NCBI GenBank assembly: GCA_951406725.2 | Contig: OX597828.1 | Coordinates: 76,756,001 to 76,820,000 of the forward strand | Source: Octopus vulgaris | Lineage: Eukaryota | Direction of reading: 5' to 3' | DNA: 64,000 bases | In this document: one piece after another, positions 1 to 13,302 of the stretch | Position numbering within the stretch: the stretch's first letter is position 1 | How the letters are laid out: every line of letters begins with the position of its first letter | Position numbers and translations under genes: made by a program | Notes under the pieces: generated by a model | Told to the model about the DNA's origin: nothing | What the model saw: the letters and a program-made list of their open reading frames with translations, nothing else | Databases searched by the model: none

Positions 1-274
1 ACATACAGCAACACGCATATACAGATAGACAGGCAGACAGATTATCTTGTATGTGCCATATTGTGTACAATTGCTACTGTTGAGTTCAGACCTCAATCCA
101 GAGAATTATCATCCAATACGCTTCAAGTGGCATGAAGAATTCTTCCTCTGATGATCTGTTTGTGGTGCAACTTCCAATTGCACTTGCGACATCCAATTTG
201 GAAGAAGCTGTAAATAGCCACAATGGCGAAATGTAAGGAGGGAACAAATATGAACTTGCGTTTGTCATAATTAT

Positions 275-359
<85 letters not shown>

Positions 360-732
360 CAAGATGGTAATTTATTTCCGAGAGCAGAAATGCTTATAGA
401 ACAGCAGAGACAAGATAAAATATCCATATAAAGCGGAAACATTTGTCAATAACCAGCCACGAAACACGACATCCCATCCCTTTCATTATGGGTCAAGTAC
501 TTTAGCAATTAAGCTAAACTGCCCGTTGACATTTTATCCTGTCGCTGATGTTCTATCAACGTTTCTGCGTTTGAAAGTAAATTATTACCTAAATTATTAC
601 ATAACGTGGAATTCCTTGTTTAGGACTAATGTTGCTGTAATTTAGTCCCAGGAAACATCTCCTCCAGCTGGCTACGACACGATCAGTGTATAGGAACCGA
701 TCTAGCACCCTCACTCATCTCAAAACATCATC

Positions 733-773
733 TGTGTATCGCGATTTCTGCGTTATTTCCCTTCATCAGCACA
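733..773 (-). ncRNA. Minimal type I hammerhead ribozyme (Penelope pLTR type), stem II damaged
   Basis: Minus strand reads TGTG-CTGATGA-agggaaataacgca-GAAA-TCGCGA-TA-CACA: stem I TGTG/CACA, canonical core, palindromic stem III ATCGCGAT, AUA cleavage triplet. Confidence 0.7.
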
Positions 774-1043
774 AAATAATTGTTCGGTTAGAGGTGGCGC
801 TGCCAAATTCCCGTTCGAAATATATAGTTTTCAAAGTAACAACTAGTCACTGATATATAAATTAGGAAATTACGAGTTCGTATAGCGAGACGCTGTCTCC
901 TGGGGTGAAATTACAACAAAATGAGTCGTAAACCAAGAACGCCATGTTAATTTGGCAAACAATCTTTACTACAAAGTACTGTTGCCGAATATCTCACGGT
1001 GTGAGATTTAGAAATAGTAATTTTCAAACATTAGTTTGTTTAC

Positions 1044-1123
<80 letters not shown>

Positions 1124-1129
1124 TATATG

Positions 1130-1226
<97 letters not shown>

Positions 1227-1442
1227 TATACATACATACATACATGCATACATATATCTATGAGTGTGTGTGTGTGTGTGCAGGCCTGCGTGTATGGCAA
1301 GACGTGTATATCGCAACCACATAGCTCCGGGTTCAGTCGTACAGTGTAGTATCTTAGGCAAGCGTCTACTACTATATTCTCGGGCCTATAATTCAATGTT
1401 AAGTGGCTTTGCCTGACGGGAAGCTGGAAGAAACCCGTCGAG

Positions 1443-1493
<51 letters not shown>

Positions 1494-1528
1494 GCATGTA
1501 TGTATGCATATATATATATATACACATA

Positions 1529-1955
1529 CAGGTCGTCGTCGACTTCCGACCTTATGCGACTTCCGACCGATCGAATATACAACGATTGGCGCGCCAGCTC
1601 CCGGCATCAATAATAAATAATCCAACTGGAATCTAATGATGTCACCTAACAAACGCTTCCCCTAAAGTGTTATCGATCGCCTTTGTGTTGGATGACTATT
1701 CTTTTAAGGGGACAGCGAGGCAAGTTCGCATTTGTTTATAAGACGACTGCTTGAGACTCTAAAATTCTTGACTAACGCCAGTATAATAGTATAATGCAGA
1801 ATGCTGTGTGTTCTGTGTGTTACTGAGAATGTACCTCAAGAATGTAAAAATATAAAATTAAAGCTATGTAGGCTTGTGGGCCGACATACGACCAAATCGA
1901 CTTACGACCAGTCAGTCGGAACCAAATTGTGGTCGTAAGTTGACGACAACCTTTG
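1529..1955. mobile_element. Tigger/pogo-like MITE
   Basis: TIRs CAGGTCGTCGTCGACTTCCGACC and GGTCGTAAGTTGACGACAACCTTTG, TA flanks, subterminal CGACTT(A/C)CGACC repeats. Confidence 0.75.
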
Positions 1956-1974
1956 TATATATATATATATATAA

Positions 1975-2364
1975 AACTTGGAATGACCAAGTTTAAAAAC
2001 TGCTGGATCCCACTCATAAGGGAATCTTACATTGTGTATAAACTCTATATTTGGAAGGACCCATTTTAAACTCTGTTGGACTTTTGGACTTTATTCATAA
2101 GATATTGGAATATTGCATATATACCATTCTGCCTAAAAAAAATGGATTTACAACTTCAATATCCATACATATCTTACATCTATTTTCTTTCCTCTACCTC
2201 ACTCTCTATTTTGTACCACATCTAAACTAACTATGACTTAATCATCCTCCCACACCCTCTCCGATGAACGGAATTAATTAATAAATATCCTGGAAACAGC
2301 TGTAAGACATATCTATAAATGTTCTAATATCTACACAGCCTTGGTTTTTTATCTCATTACGCAA

Positions 2365-2370
<6 letters not shown>
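1975..2370 (+). mobile_element. Penelope-like pLTR fragment with degenerate hammerhead (about 2256-2308)
   Basis: ctct-CCGATGA-acgga...tcctg-GAAAC-AGCT-GTA-agac (palindromic ACAGCTGT stem III, U4C core change); both ends abut (TA)n. Confidence 0.65.
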
Positions 2371-2411
<41 letters not shown>

Positions 2412-2429
2412 CATATGTATATATATATC

Positions 2430-3010
2430 ACCTCTCTCGTTGCTGACGACTTCCAGAACAATCACAGTTGCTGAGAACTTAGCTATTGAAGTCTTATTCG
2501 GGTCTTTCATTTGGTTTACATTTGGTAAACACGTCTTTCATTTGCTTTATATTTTGGTCCAGGTAGAATTTTTGGTCCAGGTAGATGTTTTTGTCATCGG
2601 AGAAAACTTTTGGTAGTTTATCTTATTTGGAAACCGTTTTTCTCGGATCGAACGAATTTCTCTTGTCACACCCAACATAACCTGATATATCCACCTTACA
2701 TACAAGTTATTTCCGATGATCTTGTATATAACTCTTTTTCATGGTGCATTTTGAAAACATCAGTTTCTTTGTAAAGTCTCTGATTAAGGTTTTGTAATTT
2801 TTATCGATTATTTTTCGTACTTTTTCTACAAAGCTTTCTGTTCTGGTGGTATTCGTAGCCTCTCCATGCATTTTACGTTAAATTGTTGCTAGTCTCTAAA
2901 TCGGCAACTTCCAGGCACTTTTCAAACTTTGAATACGAAGGAAGTGAGATGTGCGTGTATCACTATGCTGCGATTTTAAAGGAATGACGACACTGTGCGA
3001 TTTTCTTTTG
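2430..3010 (-). pseudogene. Decayed Tc1/mariner-superfamily transposase (maT/DD37D-like)
   Basis: Minus-strand pieces KVRKIIDKNYKTLIRDFTKKL, VFSDDKNIYLDQK and AKFSATVIVLEVVSNE resemble FSDEKNF and KFPATVMVLGVVSNEG motifs; stops and frameshifts present. Confidence 0.6.
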
Positions 3011-3121
3011 CTGAGTCAACCTGATACCTGACATCCTTTATCTGAAAAATAAGGCGAACAAAAATAAGCAAGTCAGAAACTTTCAACGAGTTATCCTCAG
3101 AAACCTCACACATCATATGCA

Positions 3122-3178
<57 letters not shown>

Positions 3179-3274
3179 ATATGGAAGATGGGCGTTGTAG
3201 TTCGCTTGAAGACCTGTAAGTACATAAGTACATTAATAAAAGGAATGTGAAACGGAGAAATTCTAAAAATGCAG

Positions 3275-3366
<92 letters not shown>

Positions 3367-3369
3367 TAT

Positions 3370-3399
<30 letters not shown>

Positions 3400-3402
<3 letters not shown>

Positions 3403-3633
3403 TCTTTACTGCCCACAAGGGGCTAAACATAGAAGGGACGAACAAGGACAGACAAAGGGATTAAGTCGATTACATCGACCCCAGTGCGTAACTGGTACTT
3501 AATTTATCGACCCCGAAAGGATGAAAGGCAAAGTCGACCTCGGCGGACTTTGAACCCAGAACACTTAACGGCAGACGAAATACGGCTAAGCATTTCGCCC
3601 GGCGTGCTAACGTTTCTGCCAGCTCGCCGCCCT
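3400..3633 (-). mobile_element. tRNA-derived SINE family B (Meta-domain-like octopus SINE)
   Basis: Reverse complement GGCGGCGAGCTGGCAGAAACGTTAGCACG...GTCGACTTTGCCTTTCATCCTTTCGGGGTCGATAAATTAAGTACCAG...GCCCCTTGTGGGCAGTAAAGAAA; multiple copies in the window. Confidence 0.9.
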
Positions 3634-3634
3634 T

Positions 3635-3670
<36 letters not shown>

Positions 3671-4704
3671 TATATACAGATACATACATATATATTTATA
3701 CATACACATATGCACATATATTTATGTTGTTTGTGTTTGTGTGTGTATGGATGTGTATATAATATATATCTTTGTGTTTGTATATGTACATACATACATA
3801 CATACATACATACATACATACATACACTGCTTCAGGCACCGCTTTAAACAGTTTTACTTATATCAAATCTAAGGCCCTTTAATTTTTTATTTTTAATCTC
3901 GCAAAACAGATGAGAGGAAAATTACGCCTGAAGAAAACGGGAATAATTGATAAGATATTCACATGGCAGCGCTTTTGTTAATGCACCGATTGTACCACGA
4001 CTGGCAAATACGATATATATAAACGACAAGCCTGTACATCTTCCATCAGCCAATTTTTCTGTACAAGTCCGGAGATAGAAATGTTCCCAATAGTTGGAGG
4101 TATTTACGGTAAGAGCGCTGGGATCGATCCTGCTGCGTGGCTGTTGCGGAAATAGATTATTATTTACACACCTGTATTTCATTTTTGTTTGAAAATAGAC
4201 AAGTTCTATAAAAGCGACGGTCCTAGTTCAAATGAAGATTGAAGCAACTAGTTTCGTCTCTAATTAAGGGCCCAAAGATGGCTAACCCCCATTCCCATGC
4301 TGTTGAAGATAAGTATCATGGTTGTTGTTATAGCAAATTTACAAAGAAATAGATTTACACAATATTCATAATGGTAGAAGGTTGAGAGTTAGACATTAAG
4401 AACGAGAGATCTTGTACTGCATGAGAATTAAGAAAATGAGGAAGAATGAAGGAATGGACCGAGGGATGGATGATCGAAAAAGAGTTTTCCAGAAAGAAAC
4501 GTAGCATCAAGAAAATCGAAAAAGTAAATAAAATTTAGGAGAAAATGTAAATAACCGGATAGAAGAAATGATTAAGAATGTGAGAAATATATTTGAAGTG
4601 AAACAGGAAGAGAAGACAATCATTGAGCAAGACATAACGAAAGTGAATAGGTGTAAGCATATGTGTGCTACATAATATATGTTACGTATGTGTGTATACC
4701 TACA

Positions 4705-4877
4705 TACATGCACACATACATACCATACATACAATACATACATACATACATACATACATGAATACATACATACACACACACACATACATACATACATACA
4801 TACACAAACATACATACATACACACATACATACATACACACTCACATACATACATACATACATACATACTTACATAC

Positions 4878-4908
<31 letters not shown>

Positions 4909-5021
4909 CATACATACATACATGAATACATACATACATACATACATGAATACATACATACATACACACATACATACATACACACTCACATACATACACA
5001 CTCACATACATACTTACATAC

Positions 5022-5052
<31 letters not shown>

Positions 5053-5235
5053 CATACATACACACATACATACATACATACACACACATACATACATACA
5101 TACACACACATACATACATACATACACACACATACATACATACACACATGCATACATACATATATGCATGCATACATACATACATACATACATACATACA
5201 TACATACATACACACATACATACATACATACACAC

Positions 5236-5266
<31 letters not shown>

Positions 5267-5267
5267 T

Positions 5268-5298
<31 letters not shown>

Positions 5299-5321
5299 TA
5301 CATACATACATACACACACAC
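4705..5321. repeat. Compound (TACA)n/(CA)n microsatellite
   Basis: Directly visible; explains the HTYI/MYVC ORFs. Confidence 0.95.
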
Positions 5322-5878
5322 GCTACTGTCCTCACAAAATTGAACATTCTCATTGCTGTTAATATTAAAATAAGTTTTTCCTAATACAATAAAAAAAAAA
5401 CTGAAGTATTTATGTTGTTTGACAAAAATCTAAATCTGAAATGAGAAAATCAGGCGGTCTTTTATATTTGTGAATCTACTGCCAATTCCTCCGCAGACAG
5501 ACAAACTGCAGAATTTGTGTCGTGAGGGCAACAGTTAATACGAAACACTAAGTGGCAGAGAACCGTTGTAGAAATGGTCCCTTGTGGAGGCTGGGATAAA
5601 TGCTACTCAGATATGTCTGTCGAAGAATTTAGCGAGGAAAACGCTTAACAACTGAGTTAAACAACAGGAAAGATAACCAATTCTCCTCCGATGAATAACG
5701 GCAAACAGCAACATAAACAAACCAGATTTCTTTGCTGAGATAGAATTTGACCGACGAGGCAAGTGACGAGAAAACTTTATTGAATTGAGAGAAATGCAGC
5801 AGATCATTAGAGTCGACACAAACGTTAAAAGCAGACGATAGATATATGAATAGATAGGTAGACAGACAGACAGAAAGA

Positions 5879-5944
<66 letters not shown>

Positions 5945-5948
<4 letters not shown>

Positions 5949-6070
5949 GAAAAATACAAACTGGGACAAGAACGTAAAAACATTTAGAAGACGATACAAA
6001 AAACACGGACGGGACATTCGAAGCCTTCAATCTTCAGTCAAGAACCGGATCATCCTAGCAATTTCGACTG
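5945..6070 (-). mobile_element. Dispersed repeat fragment (pLTR-like), second copy at about 16476-16597 on +
   Basis: Reverse complement matches ATGATCCGGTTCTTGACTGAAGATTGAAGNCTTCGAATGTCCC...CCCAGTTTGTATTTTT at 16.5 kb; both copies abut (TA)n. Confidence 0.7.
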
Positions 6071-6153
<83 letters not shown>

Positions 6154-6827
6154 TAGATAGATGTAAATATGCACACACTGAACCGATACATGATCATGCC
6201 AGATATTGTGTTGCTCTCAATTTCTTCGTAGTTTGTAGTTTTAATTTGCCATGTATATCAATATATAGCGACGACGATCTATGAGTGTATATCACACACA
6301 CACACACACACATAAACACTAACACACACGCAAACACATTCACGCACACACATCCATACGCATATACGTGGAGAACAAAGACAGGGAGACAGAGAATGTG
6401 TGAGGATGTGGAGCTCACCCAGAAATAGTATAAAAAGACAGAGAAAATATGATGGAAATAGATTATTTAAAACAGAATATGATATTTTGCGTCGATCGGT
6501 TATGAGTTCTCCAATTAGCGACACACACGGTAATGACAGGTTGGGCTAAAAACAGGAGCAACGAACAACAAGAAGCCAATACAAATATAGAAATCCTCAC
6601 AAACACACACACACACACACATACACACTTACACACACGTACACACTTGTATAAATGTATTTCACTAGGTCGATTGTGTGTGTGTGTGTGTGTAGTAGTA
6701 GTAGTAGTAGTAGTATGTAGATTTCTGAATGAAAACAAATAAGGATTGATTATAAAATGCTTAAATGCTAACGAGATCCAGAACTATTCGGAAGATATTT
6801 CATTACGTTTATGTGCACACACAGATA

Positions 6828-6886
<59 letters not shown>

Positions 6887-6980
6887 CACGCAGTCGCTCA
6901 GGCTAATCAGTTGTGTAAATGCAGATTATGCATATGGAGGTATCATTTCTGGGAGTGATCTATCCTAGAGTTTCGAATAA

Positions 6981-7363
6981 TACGAGGGGGCGGGGGATGA
7001 AAAGTTTCTGACTTTGAGTAAAATAAAATACTGGAGGATCAGTTTATTACGATTTATTATGATGCTGCGATGGCCGAGTAGTTAAGGCGTTGGACTCGAA
7101 ATCCAATGTGCGATGCCCTCACAGGTTCGAATCCTGTTCGCAGCGTTAATTATTTTAAATGGTGGTGCCCCAGCATGGCCACGGCTCGTGAGCTGAAACT
7201 AGATGAAATAAAAAGAAAACCATATTCCCCTCTCAGATTCATACATTTATTGCAGCTGTCCCTCAGTTTTTCTAAGCCCCGTATAAGAACTCGGAATGTC
7301 GGTCCTCCAGCCAGGCCTTCCGCGATACCCTTAAAACCAGAAATTTTGCAGCACCCCCACGTA
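6981..7363. mobile_element. Mariner-type MITE interrupted by a tRNA-Ser/SINE-tail insertion
   Basis: Imperfect TIRs TACGAGGGGG...TGAAAAGTTTCTGACTTTGAG and CTTAAAACCAGAAATTTTGCAGCACCCCCACGTA, TA ends. Confidence 0.7.
7064..7145 (+). tRNA. tRNA-Ser(CGA), probably a retroposed or pseudogene copy
   Basis: Acceptor GCTGCGA/TCGCAGC, anticodon arm TTGGA-CT-CGA-AA-TCCAA, T arm ACAGG-TTCGAAT-CCTGT, long variable arm. D-loop GG changed to AG, one variable-arm mismatch, followed by a SINE-type tail. Confidence 0.85.
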
Positions 7364-7664
7364 TAGAAACAACTTTGCATTAAACTAAAGAATTCCTGAA
7401 TATATTTTAGTTAAGTATGTATATTTATTAGCTATTATGGTGAAAAGGTTGAGAGTAACTTCTAAGTTTGTTAAAAGTGAACAAGTTGGAACTTCTAAGA
7501 CATCCTCGGACATTACCGAATAGGAGCACATCGGAAAGCATACGAACTAAACTCTGCATTTACTCGAATTATCTTCAAGAAGATGTGCTACAATTACCAA
7601 ATAGCAAGCGATACCAGCTGTATCTGAAACGTCACGAATCAAGAATTTCTCTAATGTCAACATA

Positions 7665-7840
7665 GGCGCAGGAGTGGCTGGGTGGTAAGTAGGTTGCTTA
7701 CTGACCACATAGTTCTGGGATCAGTCCCACCGCGTTGCACCTTGGGCATGTGTCTTCTACTATAGCCTCCAACCGACCAGAGCCTTGTGAGTGGATTTGG
7801 TAGACAGAAACTAAAAAGAAGCCCGTCGTATATATATGTG

Positions 7841-7887
<47 letters not shown>

Positions 7888-8125
7888 TGGTGTGTATCTG
7901 TGTGTGTGTAAATATTTATGTGTCTGTGTTTATTCCCCCACGTCGCTTGACAACCGATGCTGGTGTGTTTACGTCCCTGTAAGTTAGCGGTTCGGCAAAA
8001 CATACCGATACAATAAGTACTTGCTTACAAAGAATAAGTTCTGGGGCCGATTTGCTCGACTAAAGGGGTGCTCCAGCATGACCGCAGTCACATGACTGAA
8101 AGAAGTAAAAGAGAGTAAGAGAGAG
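7665..8125 (+). mobile_element. tRNA-derived SINE family A (octopus OK/OR-type) with internal (TA)n(TG)n
   Basis: GGCGCAGGAGTGGCTG...GTAAG head, GGATTTGGTAGAC..AAACT body, GGTGCTCCAGCATG..CAGTCA.ATGACTGAAA tail; many copies. Confidence 0.9.
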
Positions 8126-8706
8126 TATGCCATTATAGGAAAATGCTGGTTGACGGACTGATCAGAGCAAAGAAGAAAAACAACAGCCTTGGTCACGTGC
8201 CTCTGCCTTAAAAATCACCACATAAACTTATATAGTATACATATCTTCACACATGTTCTTATATACTCACACATATTACATACTATACATACGTCTGCGC
8301 GTGAGGGGATGGATACTTGATTAACTTTTACGAGGAACTAATTTTAGGAACAGGAAATCAAAGTGGAAGTCTGAGCATAACGCTGAACGGAAAGATTATC
8401 TGGAATCTGTTAATAAAAAAAAAATGTTGTTGTTTTGGTAACATCAGAAAATAATTAAAAATTCACATTTTTTATCAAATTATTTTATCATTTTGTCTAT
8501 CTATCCAACTGTAAACATTTTAACGTTTCGCGTTGAAGTACTTCTCATAGATACAGAGAATGGGGAGGATGGTTAAAGGACAGAAACATAAACGGATTTC
8601 CGAAACAATGTGTGTTTATTTGTTCCATGTCAGACTGAAGTTGGAGGGAGTCAAGAGATCTAAAATGACGCAGGGAGGCAGAGAGGTTTATATATATATA
8701 TATATA

Positions 8707-9091
8707 GGCACAGGAGTGGCTGTGTGGTAAGTAGTTTGCTAACCAACCACATGGTTCCGGGTTCAGTCCCACTGCGTGACATCTTGGGCAAGTGTCTTCT
8801 GCTATAGCCCCGGGCCAACCAATGCCTTGTGAGTGGATTTGGTAGACGGAATCTGAAAGAAGCCTGTCGTATATATGTATATATATATATATGTATGTGT
8901 GTGCGTGTTTGTGTGTCTGTGTTTGTCCCCCTAGCATTGCTGGTGTGTTTACGTCCCCGTCACTTAGCGGTTCGGCAAAAGAGACCGATAGAATAAGTAA
9001 TGGGCTTACAAAGGATTAGTCCCGGGGTCGATTTGCTCGACTAAAGCCGCTGTCAAATGACTGAAACGAGTAAAAGAGTAAAGAGTAAGAG
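8707..9091 (+). mobile_element. SINE family A copy
   Basis: Same head, body and tail as 7665-8125. Confidence 0.9.
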
Positions 9092-9173
9092 TATATATAT
9101 TAGCTAAAACAATGCGAAGCGCATTGTGACCAGCGATGTGTAGCTGATAGACTGGTCGGTCACGGTGATCACG

Positions 9174-9210
<37 letters not shown>

Positions 9211-9400
9211 TAATGTAGAGTGTACGTGTCAAATGTACACACGAAGATGTTTGTTCGTCTATGTAAATTGATATTTGCTTTTTATGAGTTAAAAACTTTC
9301 TTCTGTCTGATTGTCTGCCTGTCTCTCTTCCTTTCACATATATCCACTCATATATACATACATTACCTATCTGTCTATCTATCTCCTCCTCTCTCATTTT

Positions 9401-9432
<32 letters not shown>

Positions 9433-9437
<5 letters not shown>

Positions 9438-10077
9438 AAGTGAGACTTGGACGCTATACACACGCCAAGAGCGTCGCCTAAACATCTTTCCCCTGCGCTG
9501 CCTCTGAAAAATCCTCCGCATCAAATGGCAGAATCATATCCCCAACAAAGATGTCCTCAAGCAAGCAGGAATACCAAGCATGTTTGCACTTCTCACACAA
9601 AGATGTATGAGATGGCTTGGGCATGTTAGCCGTATGAAAGATGGCAGAATCCCCAAGGACATACTCTACGGAGAGCTTGCTAGGAGTACTAGGTCTGTGG
9701 GTAGACCGCTCTTACGTTACAAGGATGTTTGCAAAAGGGACATGAAGGCCTGCAACATCAATATTAGCAATTGGGAAGCAGTTGCCAGCCACCGTGGAGA
9801 TTGTCGACGTACCGTAAAAGAGGAAATACAAAGGAGTGACAGAGAGAGAGAGGAGAAATGGAAAGAAAGGAAGAGACGTAAACAAGAGACTATGGCATTA
9901 CAACCAGCCAGGAACAGTCTTCGCTACATTTGCGGTACCTGCCAGAGGGAGTGTTTGTCCAGGATAGGACTACACTGCCACAGCAGGAAATGTATCAGGA
10001 CATGAAATGTAAAAGCCGGACTAGACTACTTTATGCGCAACTGCATTGTCTCCCGAGACAAAAAGGATGCCAACAAC
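9433..10077 (+). mobile_element. 5'-truncated RTE LINE (RT C-terminus, C2H2 finger and 3' UTR)
   Basis: YGSETWT...RWLGHVSRMKDGRIPKDILYGEL...YICGTCQRECLSRIGLHCH; closely matches 48208-48850; ends GTCTCCCGAGACAAAAAGGATGCCAA; inserted in (TA)n. Confidence 0.93.
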
Positions 10078-10382
10078 ATATATATATATATATATACATT
10101 ACAGATAAAGGGTGAAGTATAACTTAATAAAATCAACAAATTTCACCTAGTAGCACTTCGATATGGAAAAGGACCATATTCGGTAAAAGTTTATATAATT
10201 ATAACAATAAGGGTCTTTACAACAAGTTGCTTGACCACATACCTAAAATTTTAGAAATAGCAGCCAGAGGACTGCTATTTCCTTTTACTACAAAAATATG
10301 TCTCCACAGACAACAATATTTGTAACTCACATGTGGCAAAAAAAAAGAAGAAAAGTAACGAAATCAAACAGTCTCCGGTCAA

Positions 10383-10440
10383 TTATGGACGCATACGTTT
10401 CTGGATTAGAATCAAAGATTCATTTCCTTCATCAACATAA
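10383..10440 (-). ncRNA. Hammerhead ribozyme relic (C3U) in a Penelope-like pLTR (about 10100-10590)
   Basis: Minus strand TTATG-TTGATGA-agga...tcca-GAAAC-GTATGC-GTC-CATAA: 5-bp stem I, GUC triplet, near-palindromic stem III. Confidence 0.7.
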
Positions 10441-10690
10441 TATTACGATAATTAAATCTAGAAATGCTAGGAAATCTTACCTCCTATATTTCCGACCAAG
10501 CGACATCAGAACATACAGAAGCTAATCAGCATATCAACATTTATATAGACAGGTGAATTCGTATTTCACTCCAGAATTTTTACCACGTGAGTCACATGTA
10601 TATATATATATATATGCACACACACACAAACATACATATATATATACATATATATGTATATATATCTATGTATATGTGTATATATATAAA

Positions 10691-10721
<31 letters not shown>

Positions 10722-11089
10722 TTACACACACACACACACATACACACATATATATATATATATATGTGTGTGTGTGTAAAAAGACACTCAAATCATATTT
10801 ACATAAAAATATCTATGTGTGTGTGTGTGTGTGAGTGTGTGCATACACAGACACCCCAGCCGAATGTGCAGAAATATGCATTCACAGAGACATAAACACA
10901 AGCATACATTTCACATATGTCTATATACAGAGGTTTCTCATAGATATGCCTATATATAGAAAGTAAAAGGATATATGTATATATACATACACACACACAC
11001 ACATATATATATATATACACATATACATATATATACACATATATGTATGCATGTTTGTGTATGTGTATGTATCAATATGTATATATGTA

Positions 11090-11146
<57 letters not shown>

Positions 11147-11714
11147 ACATATATATGTGTGTGTGTGTATGCATATATATTTGTATGGACGTATCTGAAT
11201 GCATAAATGTATCTAGGCATGTAGGGGTTACGTATGCGTGTCTACATGTTTACGTACTACTGTCAAATTTTTGAGGAAATATCTGAAATCTGTCAGATAA
11301 ATGCTGTAAATTAGAAAATAAAACGTACACTAGCATATACGCACAAGCATACTCACACTTACATATATACACCAACTAAGACAACGGTATTTCCATTTCC
11401 AACAACAAATATATCAACGGTCGTGAGCGCAATAACAACAAGAACACCAACCTATATGAAAGAATCTAAATATAACCAAGTGTTGAAAATCGTAAAGAAT
11501 TCTAGAATGTTCACAGTGTTGGAAGGGATGCTGGCCTTGGTTCTGGTGATAGGGGTGTTTGTGGTAGTGGGAGGAGGAAAGGATATTTGGTGGGGAGAGG
11601 ATGGTTTGTAAAAGAAAGGAGGAAACGAAAAATGAAACTCAGTGGAATGTTGGAAGAAAGACAGACGGAGATTGGAGAATTAAACGAGGAATGAAATGAA
11701 GAAACACGTATCTA

Positions 11715-12203
<489 letters not shown>

Positions 12204-12625
12204 CGTGTAAACAAGAATGAAAGAAACGGAAGAAAGCCGTCAAGAAAGAAGGGCCGAATACACATTTTCGTTCAAGAACAAAATGCACAAGTGATGTGAT
12301 GAGAAAAAGGAAAGAACAATAAGGAGGAGGAAAAGCAAGGCCAACGAGGAAAGGAAAGGTGGATAGAACCAGAATATTCGGGAGATATCTTTAACGTAAC
12401 GAAGATCAATGTTATCAGCATCGACACCGTTACCACTTCGACAATCGTCAACGACAGATCGTTGAAATGACAAACAATGACATCATTATTGATGTAACCT
12501 CGTCATCATCAGCAAGACCATCTAATACCTTCACTGCACCGCCAAATGAAGACGTCTGATTGCACCACAATTCTTACATGAAGCCAGTTAAAATGTTTAT
12601 ACCTGATATATATATATATATATAT

Positions 12626-12662
<37 letters not shown>

Positions 12663-12690
12663 TAGATATATCAAAAGAGAGAGAGAGAGC

Positions 12691-12840
12691 GGCGTAGCAG
12701 TGTCAGTGTGGTAAGAAGCTTGCTTCCCAACCACATTGTTCCGGGATCAGTGTCACCCCGTGGCATCTTGGGCGAGTGCATCTCGAGCCGACCCAAGCCT
12801 TGTGAGTGGATCTGGTAGACGGAAACTGAAAGAAGCCCGT

Positions 12841-12882
<42 letters not shown>

Positions 12883-13065
12883 AAAAAAGCAACAAGAATG
12901 GATTAAAATCTCGGTACGATCGTTTCGTACGAGGACATCTTTAATAAGCTACAAAAAATGCAGTGAATACAGATGGCTCGTACTCGTCAGCCGAAAAAAC
13001 ATCAGATAATTCCCAAACATCAAAAGGGGTAGATACAAAAGAGGTTGTAAGATTAGCTGCATTGA

Positions 13066-13112
<47 letters not shown>

Positions 13113-13302
13113 GTGTGTATGTATGTATGTATTGGTGTGTTTAAATCCCCGCATCGTAGCGGTCCGACAATAGAGACCGATAGAATAAGTACTGGGCTTA
13201 CAAAGAACAAGTCCTGGGGGCGATTTGTTCGACTAAAGTCGGTGCTCCAGCATGGCCGCAGTTAAATGGCTGAAACAAGTAAAAGAATGAAAGAATGAAA
13301 GA
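12691..13302 (+). mobile_element. SINE family A copy split by a hammerhead-bearing insert (12881-13067) in its internal (TA)n
   Basis: 5' half 12691-12842 and 3' half about 13130-13302 are collinear with intact copies. Confidence 0.85.
12911..12994 (-). ncRNA. Intact minimal type I hammerhead ribozyme
   Basis: TCGG-CTGACGA-GTACGAG(c)CATCT...AGATG(tc)CTCGTAC-GAAAC-GATC-GTA-CCGA: all core nucleotides canonical, stem II of 7+5 bp, palindromic stem III, GUA site. Confidence 0.9.

Noticed and set aside
86-270. Possible host exon
   Set aside because: No recognisable domain or convincing splice-site pair; short non-repetitive fragment only
8515-8552. Minus-strand GAAACGTTA hammerhead-like relic (similar cases near 3075-3105 and 13583-13645)
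   Set aside because: Core and stem I too degenerate to call
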